NCBI GenBank assembly: GCA_964016885.1
Contig: OZ024761.1
Span: 1,674,001-1,738,000, forward strand
DNA: 64,000 nt
Direction of reading: 5' to 3'
From: Eledone cirrhosa
Taxonomy: Eukaryota
Shown here: positions 1 to 15,000 of the stretch, in pieces
Layout of the letters: every line of letters starts with the position of its first letter
Position numbering within the stretch: position 1 is the first letter of the stretch
The notes under the pieces: model-generated
The model's database searches: none
Seen by the model: only the letters and a program-made list of their open reading frames with translations
Told to the model about the DNA's origin: nothing
Position numbers and translations under genes: made by a program

Positions 1-300
<300 letters not shown>

Positions 301-338
301 ATATATATATATTATATATTTATTATATATATATATTA

Positions 339-1663
339 CTAGCTGGCCTTTCCGGCTGGTGCCCGGCTAAGTATACCGGCATTTTATCTTTTCAGGAAAG
401 ATACCGCATGCCCTCTCAAGTAAGCGAGGGGAGGGGGCGGTTAATGTGCTCTGGTGTTGGGTTTCAATAGTTTTTAAGATTCCCCACTTCAGCAGCCAGT
501 ACGTTAAAGAAAATTGATAGTTACAACAATAAAGGCTGAACAGAGAACACATTTTTTAACAAACAATAATTTGTACAACCATATTGGAATTCCAAGTAAC
601 AGAAAATATTTAAATTACATTGTTAGAGCCTCAGAGTATAAAATATTTTTTGTTCAGCCCTCCGGAGCAAAGATGAAGAGATTGTTTGGTGAGCTCACCC
701 TAGAGCATCCTACATACAATTGACCATGGGAGAATCACTGATTTCATAGCTCGTCTCGCAGAGAAGCTCTGTAGACGTTGACCTCTGGACACTCCTGTTA
801 GGAGTAGATAAGCTGTAGTGACTTAGAGGCCTACCACCAATCTCCAGGACTCTGTTTTCAAGACAAATGAGCGCCTCATTGAAAACGACATTGTATGTTA
901 GGTTTGGATTGTGTCTGCGTGTGTGGTGGAGGATGTCCTCAGCTAGACTTTCGCGGTGGTTGTTCCACATTGCGAGAGGGTCGGCGAGATCGCAGTTGTG
1001 CAGCATAATAGCAAAAGGTTTTCGCAGCTGAGAAGGGACTTTAGCTATTTAGCAGGGTGAGGTGTCAATGGCTGTCATCATGTAACATACCACGCATCTG
1101 GCAAGCCTAACAGTAAGTGGAACATTGATGGCCATTGATGGTTCTCAGATCTTGGAAAGACTGTGGTCCTCTAACCTCGAACAGTAACAATGACGATAAG
1201 CCGTCTGTGCTTTCATGAAATAAATAGGTTTTTGTTTTTGTGTATGCAAAAATATCTGTACACGAATATATATATTAAAATAACAGATTAAAGTTTAAGC
1301 AAAGAATCGCTGCTTTCACGGGATCTTCTGAAACTAAAAATATAAATTTGTGAACGCAGAAGTAAATATTTCGAAAAACGTTATCTAATGCAGACAGCTA
1401 GACATACAGACTAAGAAAAAGAGGGGAATGTTGTGTGACGTCATAAGAAAAGTGAGGAATGACGTATAACCGGAAGTGTTGACGTTTGAAATTTTAAAGA
1501 AGTGAATATTTAAATAATGTCTTTAATCATTCAGTAGACAAAAATACCCTCACTTTTTTACTTGGAAAAAGTTACATCTATGGTGCAAATTTGGTGCTGT
1601 TTGGTCTAGCCGTTTGGCGGAAAGTTTGTTACCTACATACGGCCATCAGCTTTATAGTATAGA
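339..1663 (-). mobile_element. Internally deleted Helitron with RepHel remnants
   Basis: Minus strand starts TCTATACTATAAAG and ends with a GC-rich hairpin-like segment plus CTAG, inserted between A and T. Encodes LLLFEVRGPQSFQDLRTINGH, SQLRKPFAIMLHNCDLADPLAMWNNHRESLAEDIL and the helicase C-terminus FSHGQLYVGCSRVSSPNNLFIFAP. Confidence 0.92.
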
Positions 1664-1730
1664 TATATATATATTATATATCTATTATATATATATATTA
1701 TATATGTATATTATATATATATATTATATA

Positions 1731-1803
<73 letters not shown>

Positions 1804-2897
1804 CACTTCTCATTTCAGAGACAGTTTCGGTATTTTTTGGCAAATCTAAGGAACCCTTTTGTAAATCAATATGTACAACCAGACCTTTGAGCTGTTCAGG
1901 GGATGTAAACTCTTGGTCTATTTCTATAAAAGGAGAGGGTGCCTGTATCGAAACATTATCATTATCAGGTCTGTTGATCTTTATTCATTCAAACTTTAGT
2001 TGTTAATCTCTACAAACTGTGACTGTTAACCCTTTAGCATTTAAAATATGAAATTGCCAGCCGTTCATATTAATGTTAAGATAATTTCTCAAAATAGATA
2101 ATATCAAAATCTAATATATTCAATATTATGTTTCTACTTTTGGCACAAAGCCAGCAATTACCCCAGTGCATTACTGGTACTTTATTTTATCGACCCCCGT
2201 AAGGATGAATGGCAAAGTTATCCTCGACGGGATTTGAACTCAGACCATAATATTAGGTGAGATAATTATGTGAGACTGGCAGTATCGGTAGAGTGTCAGA
2301 CATCATGCTTACGGCCCTTTATGTTCTGAGTTCAAATCCCACTGAGGTTAACTTTGCCTTTCATCCTTACAGGGGTCGATAAAATAAAGCACCAGTAATG
2401 CACTGGGGTAATTGCTGGATTGGACTGGCAGTAATCCGTAGAGCATCAGACACCATGTTTTGCAGCATAGAATTATGGCCCTTTACGTTCTGAGTTCAAA
2501 TCCTGCTGAACTTAGCTTTGCCTTTCATTCTTACGGAGGTCGATAAAATAAAGAACCAGTAATGCACTGGGGTAATTGCTGGCTGGCCTTGTGCCAAAAG
2601 TAGAAACAATTATTATTATTGGATTGGCAGTAATCCGTAGAGTGTCAGACACCATGCTTTGCAGCATAGAGTTATGGCCCTTTACGTTCTAATTTCAAAC
2701 CCGCCAAGGTTTGCCTTTCATTCTTATGGGGGGGGGGTCAATAAAATAAAGCACCAGTAATGCACTGAGGCAATGCAGCAATTACCCCTGTGCATTACTG
2801 GTGCCTTGTGCCAAATAGTAGAAACAATTAACTGTAGATGAGAGAGAACTGTGGAAATGTAGTCCATCAGTGTGATAAATTCTAACTTTTAACATAG

Positions 2898-3041
2898 GTT
2901 GTGCATCTCAATGGTATGGATATACTTGTAACAAGCAATGCCATTGTTTAAACGATGCTGACTGCCATCAACAAACTGGGGCTTGCCCATATGGCTGTGA
3001 AGAAGGATGGACTGGACCGGATTGCCAAGTAAAAACCTATA
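2898..3041 (+). CDS. Exon, EGF-like repeat preceding the lectin domain (144 nt)
   Basis: catag|GT...A|gtaagt; [47 protein letters not shown]. Confidence 0.88.
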
Positions 3042-6000
3042 GTAAGTAGATTTCTAATTATCATGCCGTTGTTGTTGCTGTCGCTGTTGAGGCTGAGGTT
3101 GCTATATCATCATCATCATCATCATCATCGTTTATGTCTATCTTCCATGCTAGCATGGGTTAGTCGGGAGTTGTCCCAATTGAGGCAAGATTGGTCAGGT
3201 GACTTCCTCCTGGACAGGACATCAGTCCATTGCAGCGTTACACCCTCCACAGTTATTGCTGGTGCTCATTTTCAGCAGAGTATACTGGAGCAACGTGAAA
3301 TGAAGTGTTTTGCTCAAGAACACAACACACAACCCACCCCAGAAATCGAACCCATGACATTATAATTGTAAGTCCAACACACTTATCACTAGGCCACATG
3401 CCTCTACTGGAAATATGGAATAATTTAGAGATAACGTAAAAGATATTTCAAAAGTTTAGTATATAGAAAACCATTTGTCTTTTCCCACTGGATCAATCAT
3501 CGTTTCAACTGACTGAGATGCATTTCATTTCATAGTAATTGACTTTCATTAATTTTCTTTCATTCTTTTTCAGGAAATATAGCTATTGGTAAAGTAGCTA
3601 CACAAACCACGACAGACAAAACAAGCAGTGTAATTCTAATGAAAAACAATGTTTGTCGCAATGAAATGTACTCAATGTCAGCTAACCTGGCTGTAGATGG
3701 TAACTTCGATCAAAACCCACAACACAGATCTTGTTCTCATACAATGAGCTCTCCAAGATCATTGTGGACTCTTGAACTCAGACAAACATACGATATTTCC
3801 CAACTAAGGATATATTATAACTATATTGATAGTAAGTTGGTTTTTTTGTTTGTTTGGAAAAATTTTGTCTTCTTGCCTGTTACACTTTACAATTTCACTT
3901 CCCTCTAGAACAGAGGTTCTCAAAGTGGGTGCTACTGCCCCAAGAGGGGTGCTGGGGCTTAAGGATGGGGGTGGAGAGGATATAATAGTATATCAAATAT
4001 CAAATGATAAATTTTATATATAAATATAGTAAAATAAAAAAGTATATGATATTTATTGATACATAGTATATATTATATAGTGGATAGAAATGAAGCAAGT
4101 ATATGCTGTTGCATGTGTGATGTCAATGTGTGTGAACGACAAAGTATAGACGAGTTGAGAGAGAAACTGTGTATAAGAGGGATAAGTTGTAGTGTGTGGG
4201 AGAGAAGACTGTGTTGGTATGGACATGTGATGCGCATGGTGGATGACAGCTGGGTAAAAAACTGCCAAGAAATCCCAGTAGAAGGAAGACGCAGTAGAGG
4301 AAGATCATGAAAAACATGGGCAGAGGTGGTGAGAGCAGACCTCAGATCACTGAAGTTCATGGAGGAGATGACAAGGAACCGTGACAAATGGAGAGATGCT
4401 GTGTTTAATAAGACCTGTCCCACCCTTGCAAGCAGGGAAAAACGGATGTAAAATGATGATAATGATGATGATAGTGAAGGCTGAGTGATTAGAGAATCGG
4501 ATTTGCAATCGTGAGGTTGTGAGGTTGTTCTTTCTACCTGGAGTTGCAACTGATAGATAGTATTAGCAATTGGAAAGACCAATGGAAGCATTGATTCTGT
4601 GGTCCAATTTGATGGAAGTTGATCGAGTGTCGATATATTATAGAAGGTAGGACACCATGCTTTGCAGCATAGAGTTACGGCCCTTTATGATCTGAGTTTA
4701 AATCCCTCCTAGGTTAATTTTGCCTTTCATCTTTACTGGGTCGATAAAATACAGTACCAGTAATACACTGGAGTAATTGCTGGCCTTGTGCCAAAAGTAG
4801 AAAGAATTATTTATTATATATCAACCATTTTATGTATTATATATTATTTACAATTTGCTTGTAGGTAGGTCTCTCTGGAAATAGGTGTGGTGTTTTAGAG
4901 GGTATTACAAGGCCGTGTGGGGGGCGATGGCCCCAAAAAGTTTGAGAACCTCTGCTCTAGAATGTCACCATTTACTAAAGACATTTATTTATAAATGGCA
5001 TGAAACACACATGTTCCTAATTGTTTAACTGTTTGGATACCAAACTGTCTGAATCAACTCTACCCCTTGAACTTGAACTGACACTGTTGGTTACAACAAC
5101 GAGTGTTCCAGTTGACACTATTACTGGAACAGCCTGCTCATGAAATTAACGTGCAAGTGGCTGAGTATTCCACAAACATGCATACACTTAACCCTTTAGC
5201 ATTTACATTACTCCATATATAATATTACATTTTTGTGGTAAAGGCTTCATCTTACATAATTATCTCACATAATATCAAATCTATGAGATTTTGATATTAT
5301 ATATTTTGAGAACAATACCTTCACATAAGTATGAGCAGCCAGTTATGGCTGGTTTGAACAGAAAGAGGTGAGATAATTCTGGCCAGATACGGCCAGTTTA
5401 AATGCTAAAGGGTTAACATAGCTCTCAGGGAGATTCAGCATGACACAGAGTGTGACAAGGCTGACCCTTTGAATTACAGGTACAACTCATTTTTGCCAGC
5501 TGAGTGAACTGGAACAATATGAAATAAAGTGTCTTGCTCAAGGACACAACACTCCACTGGTAAACAAACTCATGACCTTACGACTGTGAGGCAAATACTC
5601 TAAACATAAAGCCACGCATCTTAGTTTATGATAAAATGTTTATAACTATCTTAAAACCTTCTATCCTAACTTTATGTAAGAACATTTGTTAAGTTATGTT
5701 TTAACTCTTTAGCATTTACATTACACTATATATACTATTGTATTTTCACAGTAAAGTCTTTACCTCACATAATATCTCACATAATATTTACATTACTCTA
5801 TATATACTAGTGTATTTTTGTGGTAAAGGCTTTACCTCTCATAATTATCTCACATAATGGTTTTTTATATAGGCACAAGGCCAGCAATCTTGGGGGAGGG
5901 GAACGTTGATTAAATCGACCCCTGTGAGTGACTGGTACTTTATTTTATCAACCCCATAAGGATGAAAGGCAAAGTTAACCTCGGCGGGATTGAACTCAAA

Positions 6001-9000
6001 TCATAAAGGGCCGTAACTCTATGCGGCAAAGCATGGCGTCCGACCCTCTACCGATACTGCCAATCCGCCGCCCTCATAATTATCTCACATAATATCGAAT
6101 CTATGAGATTTTGATGTTATTTATTTTGAGAACAATACCTTAATATAAGTATGAGTGTCCAGTTACAGCCAGTTTGAATAGAAAGAGTTGAGAAAATTCT
6201 GGCCGAATACAACCGGTTTAAATGCTAAAGGGTTAATTCTAAATTTGGCACAATTTTTTATGATGAATTTTTTACGAGTAAGAGGCCTCATAACATAACT
6301 AGCACAGGGCTTCATGTGCCCTAAATCTTGCACTGGTCCAAGCCCATGTTTGCCAATCACTTTTTGATTAAACTTTACCCAAACCTCCCTCCTCCTCACC
6401 ACCATCACCACCACCACCACCACCAAATACCATTGCTATTTGTTTTTTGTTTTAACTTTCTTTCTTTCCATGTTTTTCTGCAGCACAAAATAAATTCTCA
6501 ATAATAGTGTTGGTATCAAAAGACAAAAAAAACAGAATATGTAAGAAGATTTCCAATCTAGAGAAGACAAAAGTTATTGATGTGCAATGTTCTAGTCCTG
6601 TTAAGGGCAACAAAATCACAATAATTCTGCTGTCAGGACCTAGCCTTAGCATGTGTGAAGTGGAGGTCTTTCGTAAGTATATAGATACCTTTATACCTTT
6701 AACATAAATCAGGATAGAACCAGTTTAAAACTAGTTAGACCATTACTGAACAGAGTATTCGATACATGGGTTAGTAAGGGTAAAAGGTAAAGAGATCCTT
6801 CGGTCACGAATGACCATAGAATTTGAGTCTAGAAAGTTCCCCTCCAAGGCATAAGTCTGGGCAAGGTTGTTTTGTGGAAGATCAGCAGTAGCCCATGCAT
6901 AACAGCCTCCCCTCTCTATGCCACTGATATTGTCCAAGGGAAAGGCAATGGCTGATACAGCTTGGCACCAGTGACATCGCAACCTATTTCCACAGCTGAG
7001 TGAACTGGAGCAACGTGAAATAAATTGTCTTGCTCAAGAACACAACACAAAGCCCGCGGTAGTAGAGCATGGCTATTTTATAAAGAGCAACAGCTCAGCC
7101 AGCAGGTCCTTTCTCTTTATAATATACCTTTAACATATATATATACATATATATTAGGGTGTTTCATATTTATAGGGAAACAGGTTTTAGTTGAAATCAT
7201 CTCATGTCGATTATGCTCTGAATTCATTTGACATAAAAACTACAAAAACACAAACACGAGGAGATACAAAAATATTTAGGAGTTGCACAGTTTGGTGCAT
7301 TGCCTAGTGGTAAGGGTGTTGGACTTAGAATCATAATGTCATGGGTTCGATTCCTGAGCTGTGTTACATGTGTTCTTGAGCAAAACACTTCACTTCACAT
7401 TGCTCCAGTATACTCAGCTGAAAATGAGTACCAACAATAGCTGGAGGGTTAACCCTGTGATGGAGTGGCGTCCTGTTCAGCGGAGAATCTTGTACTCCCA
7501 GTCGCTTCACGCCATGAAACAGAGATAAGCACCAGCCTAACGAAAAATATATTGTATTATATAGCTGAAAATGAGTACCAGCAATAGCTGGAGGTTTAAC
7601 CCTGTGATGGACTGGTGTCCTGTCCAGCGAGATTGTTGTTGTTACAGCTCACACCTATGCAGGTTTAGCTGGCCTCCTCCAAGGTATATCTCGTTGGAGG
7701 TGTCTAGGGTAATTTAATGATAGGGACCTCAGTCCTATCATTTCATTTCTACAGCTGAGTAAACTGGAGCAATGTGAAATAAAGTGTCTTGCTCAAGGAA
7801 ACAACACATCACCTGATCCGAGAATTGAACTCACAACCTTTCAATTGCAAGCCCAATGCTCTAACCACTAAGCCATGTGCCTTCACAGCAAGGTGTCTTG
7901 TACTTCAAGTTGCTTCATGCCATGAAACCGAGATAAGCATTGGCCTAACAAGCCTTCTGGTTTAAGACAGACTTTTTTAGACAGTGTGATGCTTTTCCAA
8001 TGCCATGCCAAAAAAAAAAAAAATGAAAAAGATTTTACTTGTTGATTATAACCAGTTTGAATTTTTGTGCATTTTCATCCATTTTCATTTATGTTCTTGC
8101 AGGAGACAATTCTAAATGAAAAAGAAATGAACCGTAAAATTAAAGTGGAATAAGGGCAGTTTCAGGTGGTTTGGAATGTAACTTAACAAAGGTTCTTACA
8201 TGAAATTAGATGGAAGATTTTTAGATAATATAAAGGCTTTGGAATAAACAATTTTGTAGCATAGAACCTGGGGCAGTTTCAGGTGGTTTGGAATATAACT
8301 TAACAAAGGTTCTTACATGAAATTATAATGGAATGTAAACAGTTTAACCCTTTAGCATTTAAACTGGCCATATCCGGCCAGAATTCTCTAACCTCTGTTC
8401 AAATCAGCTGCAATTGGCCACTCATACTGATGTTAAGGTTTTGTTCTCAAAATAAATAATATTAAAATCTTGTAGATTCAATATTATGTGAGATAATTAT
8501 GTGAGGTAAAGCCTTTACCATGAAAATACAATAGTAAATACAGAGTAATGTAAATGTTATGTGAGATAATTATGTGAGGTAAAGCCTTTACCATGAAAAT
8601 ACAATAGTAAATACAGAATAATGTAAATGCTAAAGGGTTAAAATAAACAGCATTGTCAAAGTGCAGATTGAAATAATTGTTTCTACTGTTGGCACAAGGC
8701 CAGCAATTTGAAGGGAAGGGGGAAAGTCGATTTAAATGACCGCAGTGTGTGACTGGTACTTTATTCTATCGACCCCGTAAGGATGAAAGGCCAAGCTAAC
8801 TTTGGCGGGTTTTGAACTCAGAATGGAAAGGGTCGTAACTCAATACCGCAAAGCATGGTGTTCGACACTCTAACGATACTGCCAATTCACCGCCCTTGAT
8901 TAAAATAATGGTTTCTTATATAGGCACAAGACCCCGTAAGGATGAAAAGCAAAGTTAACCTCGGCGGGATTTGAACTCAGATCATAAAGGGCCATAACTT

Positions 9001-12000
9001 TATGCCGCAAAGCATGGTGTTCGATGCTCTACCGATTCTGCCAATCCACTGCCCTAGATTGAAATAATGACTAAGATTGTTTGTCTTTCTAGAATGTCTC
9101 CCTGGATTCTATGGAAGAAATTGTAAAGAAGAGTGCAACAACTGCAGAAAGACATGTGATCAATTGACTGGCAAATGTGTGACTGGATGTAAAGATGGAT
9201 ATATTGATGTGAATAACACTTGTAAAGGTGAGTGGTGGTGGTGGTGGTGGTGGAGTGTAGGTGGTTGTCATGGTTATAGTGGGAGTGGAGTGTTGGTGGC
9301 TGTCGTGGTTATAGTGGGAGTGGAGTGTAGGTGGTGGTGGAGTGGAGGTGGCTGTCATGGTTATAGTGGGAGTGGAGTGTAGGTGGTGCTGGAGTGGAGG
9401 TAGTTGTGATGGTGGTGGAGTGTAGGTGGCTGTCGTGGTTATAGTGGGAGTGTAGGTGGTGGTGGAGTGGAGGTGGTGGTGGTGGTGGAGTGTAGGTAGT
9501 TGTGGTGGTGGTGGTGAGGATGATGTTGGTGTTGGTGGTGGTGATGGTGTTGGTGGAGTGTAGATGGCTGTCGTGGTTATAGTGGGAGTGGAGTGTAGGT
9601 GGTGGTGGTGGTGGTGAGGAGGAGGATGCTCGTTTTGTTGTTGTTGGTCTGGTGGTGGTGCTGCTGCTGGTGATAGTGGTAGTGGTGGTGGTATTGCATA
9701 TTGTTGATGTTGTTTAGCCCCAGGTAAGCCAAGATCCAACAGACCTGCCAAGAGGGGTCTCAGATGGTGCTTGGAACATAACTTAACAAAGGTTGTTAGT
9801 ATTGTAAGAACAAGGTCCACATCTGGCAGTTTGGTATCAAAATGGTTAAGATGGTATTTGGAACATAACTTAACAAAGGTCCTTAGTATTGTAAGGCTTG
9901 ATTAATCCTATTAATCCTTTGTATTCTTACTCAGTTGAACCTCATTTTTTTTTACAAATGTTTAGTGAGATAAAAGAGCAGAGGTTTTCTCATGATCTTT
10001 CATTGTAGAATGTCCAGAGGGGAAATTTGGACCAAACTGTGGCAACACATGCCACTGTGCTGACAACAGCAGGTGTAACAAACAGACAGGTGTGTGTTCA
10101 AGTGGAGGATGTGCTGCTGGTTATGAAGGTAGCAACTGTCAGACAGGTAAGTGGTGTAGTATAGCTTTTTTTGTAACATAATATATTGTGTCAAGACAAT
10201 AGTAGGTGCTTATCCCATTTTTATGGTGTGAAACGACTGAGAGTACAAGACTCCCCCCTGGACAGGACGCCAATCCATCGTGGAGTTAAAACCCCAGCTA
10301 TTGCTGGTACTCGTTTTCAGCTGAGTATACTGGAGCAGCGTGAAATGAAGTGTTTTGCTCAAGAATACAACACACAACTCAGCCCAGGAATCGAACCCAT
10401 GACATTATGATTGTAAGTCCAACACCCTTACCACTAGGCCACACACCTCCACTATGCATGTGCATCTGTCTGTATAATTGTCTCTTCTTCTTCTTCATCC
10501 TCATGTTTTCTGTTGTTGTTGCTTATTCCATTGCAGTGTGTGCATCTGGTTCATTTGGTCCTAACTGCAAGTATATGTGCCACTGTGCAGACAACAGTAA
10601 ATGTAATATAGTGTCAGGGATATGTTCAAGTGGAGGATGTGCAGTTGGTTACAAGGGAAGTAACTGCCAGACAGGTTAGTAACCTACCACCAGATAGCGT
10701 TGTTTACACAACCATCCCTTCATACAACAACACTGTTTAAATGTTGAGAATCAATGAGTCCTTAATTTTTTTTTACATCAAACCACATAAGACTGCCCCT
10801 GCTTCTAGGGCAGGGGCATGTAGCAGGCAGCCCGTGGGCCACAATCCGCCCTACCAGACCAGTCAAAGTGGCCCGCAGTGACCATTTTTAATTTTTACCT
10901 TGTAGGCTTATTTACAATTTTTTTCATAACCGTAATACAATTTTCTGTTAGTTGACCTATACTAAAGGGCTTCACTGATGGAAAGAAGTTGTGGTGAATC
11001 TTTGGAATAGTGCTTAATAAATATTAATAGCCCTAATAATTGTTCCAATGTTCAAAAGTGGCCCGCCAATGGAATATGTTGCACACCCCTGTTCTAGGGT
11101 ACAAAATTGTTTAGTTTAAAGTGGTTATGTATGTATGTATGTATATATGTACATATGTATGTATGTTAAATGGTACAATCAGCACTCATTTAACTGGATA
11201 GACAGAAGAAGAAGCACAGCGCTATCCAAAATTATGCTAAATCAGAAGGAGGCTAAAACAGAACCAGGTACAGTACTCGTTTTCTTGGCGTATTCTCACA
11301 AATGCATTTCCATATTTATGCGAATCCTTTTTCATGTGGCTGTGATCTCTGTACAACGGAAGCTCAACACATTATTAATAGGAGACAGGAAATAATTAAC
11401 AAAGGCTCTGACCACTTTAACCTTTAGCATTTAAACCGGCCATATCCGGCCAGAATTCTCTCACCTTTTTCTGTTCAAACCAGCCGTAACTGGCTGCTCA
11501 TACTTATGTTAAGGTATTGTTCTCAAAATAAATAATATCAAAATCGTGTGGATTTGATATTATGTGAGATTATTATGTGAGGTAAAGACTTTACAGAGAA
11601 AATACATTACAGAGTAATGTAAATGCTAAAGAGTTAATACTTGTATGCATAAAATATCTAAAACTTTCCTTAGATTAGATAGTTAACACATTCCATGCTA
11701 ACTTCCACCTAGAGCTGAACATAATTACTAAATCTATACATTTAATGCATCCTTACATAGTTACACAAGAATCACCTTCTCTAATAATACACAACTTGGA
11801 TATATAGCTATGTAGTTCAAACAAATAAACAAAGTTCAAATAAACAAAAAAATAAGTAGATTATTCGAACCAATTCTTTAACATATATGAACGGAGGGTG
11901 GGGGGATGACTGACCCCTCTGGTAATTTGATACCTTAACCTACTTACCATCCCTAGTATGTCAGCAACAATAGCACCTCCTGCTTCATATCTGCCTACTA

Positions 12001-15000
12001 GAATAGCCATCCAAACCATATAACAACTGGACAGGAATGCAAACACAACTCTAACCCCCACTCCTTGGGAGCATATCAAAAACAAAATAAAAGAACACAA
12101 ATTTCAACTTGTCTGAAGAGAACATGTCAGAAAGTTATTATGTAACCACTCTGACATCTTCGAAATACGTATAACAGAATTATGTAATAAACAGAGGTTG
12201 TACACTGTAAATGTGGTTGGTGTTAGGAAGGGCCTCCAGCGATAAAAAACCTACCAAAGACAGTTCTGTACAAGCAAGACGGTCTCCAGACTAATCTCAC
12301 CTCAAGTGGAACAAAACCATCTAATCCAGACTAGTGTGGAAGATGGATGTTAAACAATGATGATGATGATGATAGCCATGATGATGATGATCATCATCAT
12401 TTTACGTCCGCTTTTCCCTGCTTGCAAGGGTGGGACGGGTCCTATACAGCACAGCATCTCTCCATTCATCACAGTCCTTCTCATCTCCTCCATGAGCTTC
12501 AGCAATCTGAGGTCAGATCTCACCACCTCCGTCCATGATTTTCGTGGTCTTCCTCTACTGCATCTTCTTTCTACTGGGATTTCTTGGCACTTCTTTACCC
12601 AGCAGTCATCCTCCATGCGCATCATATGTCCATACCAACGCAGTCTTCTCTCCCACACACTACAGCTTATCCCTATTATACACAATTTCTTTCTCAACTC
12701 GTCTATGCTTGGTCATTCATGCACATTGACATTGCGCATCCAATGATGATGATGATATATAGTATTGAGGCATTATTTTGCTGCTGGATGCCCTTCTTGA
12801 TGCCAAACTATTTTAGGCTCTTTCTACAACATGCAGGGTTATAGAGTTACTATTGTAAATGGGATACACTCAAAGGATGAAAGATAACAACTCTGAAATT
12901 TCAATTAATTAAACTCATCGTATTTCCCGGCGTCAAAGACGCTACTTTTCCTAAAATAAGTCTAAAAAATCTACCATGCATCCTGGAGGCCGAAAGTTGT
13001 TTATTATTTTTCTTCTTTGCCTTTCATCCTTACGGGGTCGATAAAATAAAGTACCAGTATTGCACTGGGTAATTGCTGGCCTTGTGCCTAAAGTAGAAAC
13101 AATTATTTTTCTTCAAAGGGCGGTGAATTGGCAGTATCGGTAGTGGGTCGGATGCCATGCTTTGACGCATAGAGTTACAGCACTTGCCATTCTGAGTTCA
13201 AATCCCGCCAAGGTTAACTTTGCCTTTCATCCTTACGGAGTCGATAAAATAAAGTACCAGTAATGTACTGGGTAATTGCTGGCCTTGTGCCAATAGTAGA
13301 AACAATTATTTTTCTTCAAATTCAAAGAGCGGTGGATTGGCAGTATCGGTCTGACGCCATGCTTTGCAGCAAAGAGTTACGTCCCTTTATGGTCTGAGTT
13401 CAAATCCCGCCGAGGTTAACTTTGCCTTTCATCCTTACAGGGTCGATAAAATAAAGTGCCAGTAATACACTGGGATAATTGCTGGCCTTGTGCCAAAAGT
13501 AGAAACAATTATTTTTTTTCAAAATTTTGGTTGTCAAAATTAGGGTGTGTCCTCGAGGACGAAGTGTCTTCGGCGTCAGGAAATACAGTAATTACATATT
13601 GAACTTGTTTTCTCAGGATGTGCCCATGGCATGTTTGGTGCCAACTGTGTGAAGAAGTGCCACTGTCTGAATAATGGCAAATGTTACTCTGACAATGGTA
13701 TCTGCATCAATGGAAGGTGCTCACCTGGTTACAGGGGACACAGCTGCCAGTCAAGTAAGTTTTTATCTGTTTACCCTTTAGAGAGGGAAGAGACAGGAAC
13801 CATGATAGTATTTAGGGACTCACTGATTGGTGGAAGAGAAGAGACAGGGACCACGACAGTATTAAGAGACTCACTGATTGGTGGAAGAGAAGAGACAGGG
13901 ACCACGACAGTATTTAGGGACTCACTGATTGGTGGAAGAGAAGTAAGGGACAGGAACCATGACAGTATTTAGGGACTCCCAGATTGGTGGAAGAGAAGGG
14001 ACATGGATTACAACAGTATTTAGGGTCTCTCAGGCTGGTGGAAGAGAAAGGACAGTGACCATTACAATATTTAGGGTCTACAAGATTGGTGAAGTAATGG
14101 AATGGGACCACAACAGTATTTTGGATTTCCCAGATGGTGGTGATGATGATGAGGAGGACAATGGTGATGATGGTGGTGATGATGATGATGGTGGTGGTGA
14201 TGGTGGTGATGATGATGATGATGATGATAGGAATGATGGTGATGGTGATGATGATGGTGATGGTGATGATGATGGTGATGATGATGATGGTGGTGATAGG
14301 AATGATGATGATGGTGGTGATGATGATGTTGATGGTGATGATGATGATGGTGATAGGAATGATAGGAATGATGGTGATGGTGATAGGAATGATGGTTCAT
14401 GGTGATAGTAATGATGGTGGTGATGATGATGGTGATGGTTTTGATGATGATGATGATGATGGTGATAATGATGATGGTGATGTTGGAACATAATGTCCAA
14501 TATTTCAGAGTGTCGTCAAGGTAGCTACGGCCTCAACTGTAAAGAAACCTGCCACTGTGCTGATGTCACCAAATGCAACTTCATCACAGGTGTGTGTTCC
14601 AGTGGAGGTTGTCAACCCAGTTACCAGGGACCTGACTGTCAACACGGTATGTATATTATGATGTATATTACAGTATATATATATATGTGTGTGTGTGTAT
14701 ACATATATATGTGTGTGTGTGTGTGTGTATATATATACACACACGCAAAGATATACAATCTCATGCTGTTTGACAGAATAAGACCTGTCATTGACCCCTT
14801 GCTGAGAAAAAACCAAAAGGGCTTCCGCACCAACAGATCAACATCAGGGCAAATACTTACTATTCGGCGTATCTTGGAAGGTGTAAAAGCCCAAACCTCC
14901 CAGCAACTCTCCTGTTTATTGACTTTTCAAAAGCATTCGATTCCATCCATCGTGGGAGGATGAGAGAGATACTTCTAGCCTACGGCTTGCCAAAGGAAAC

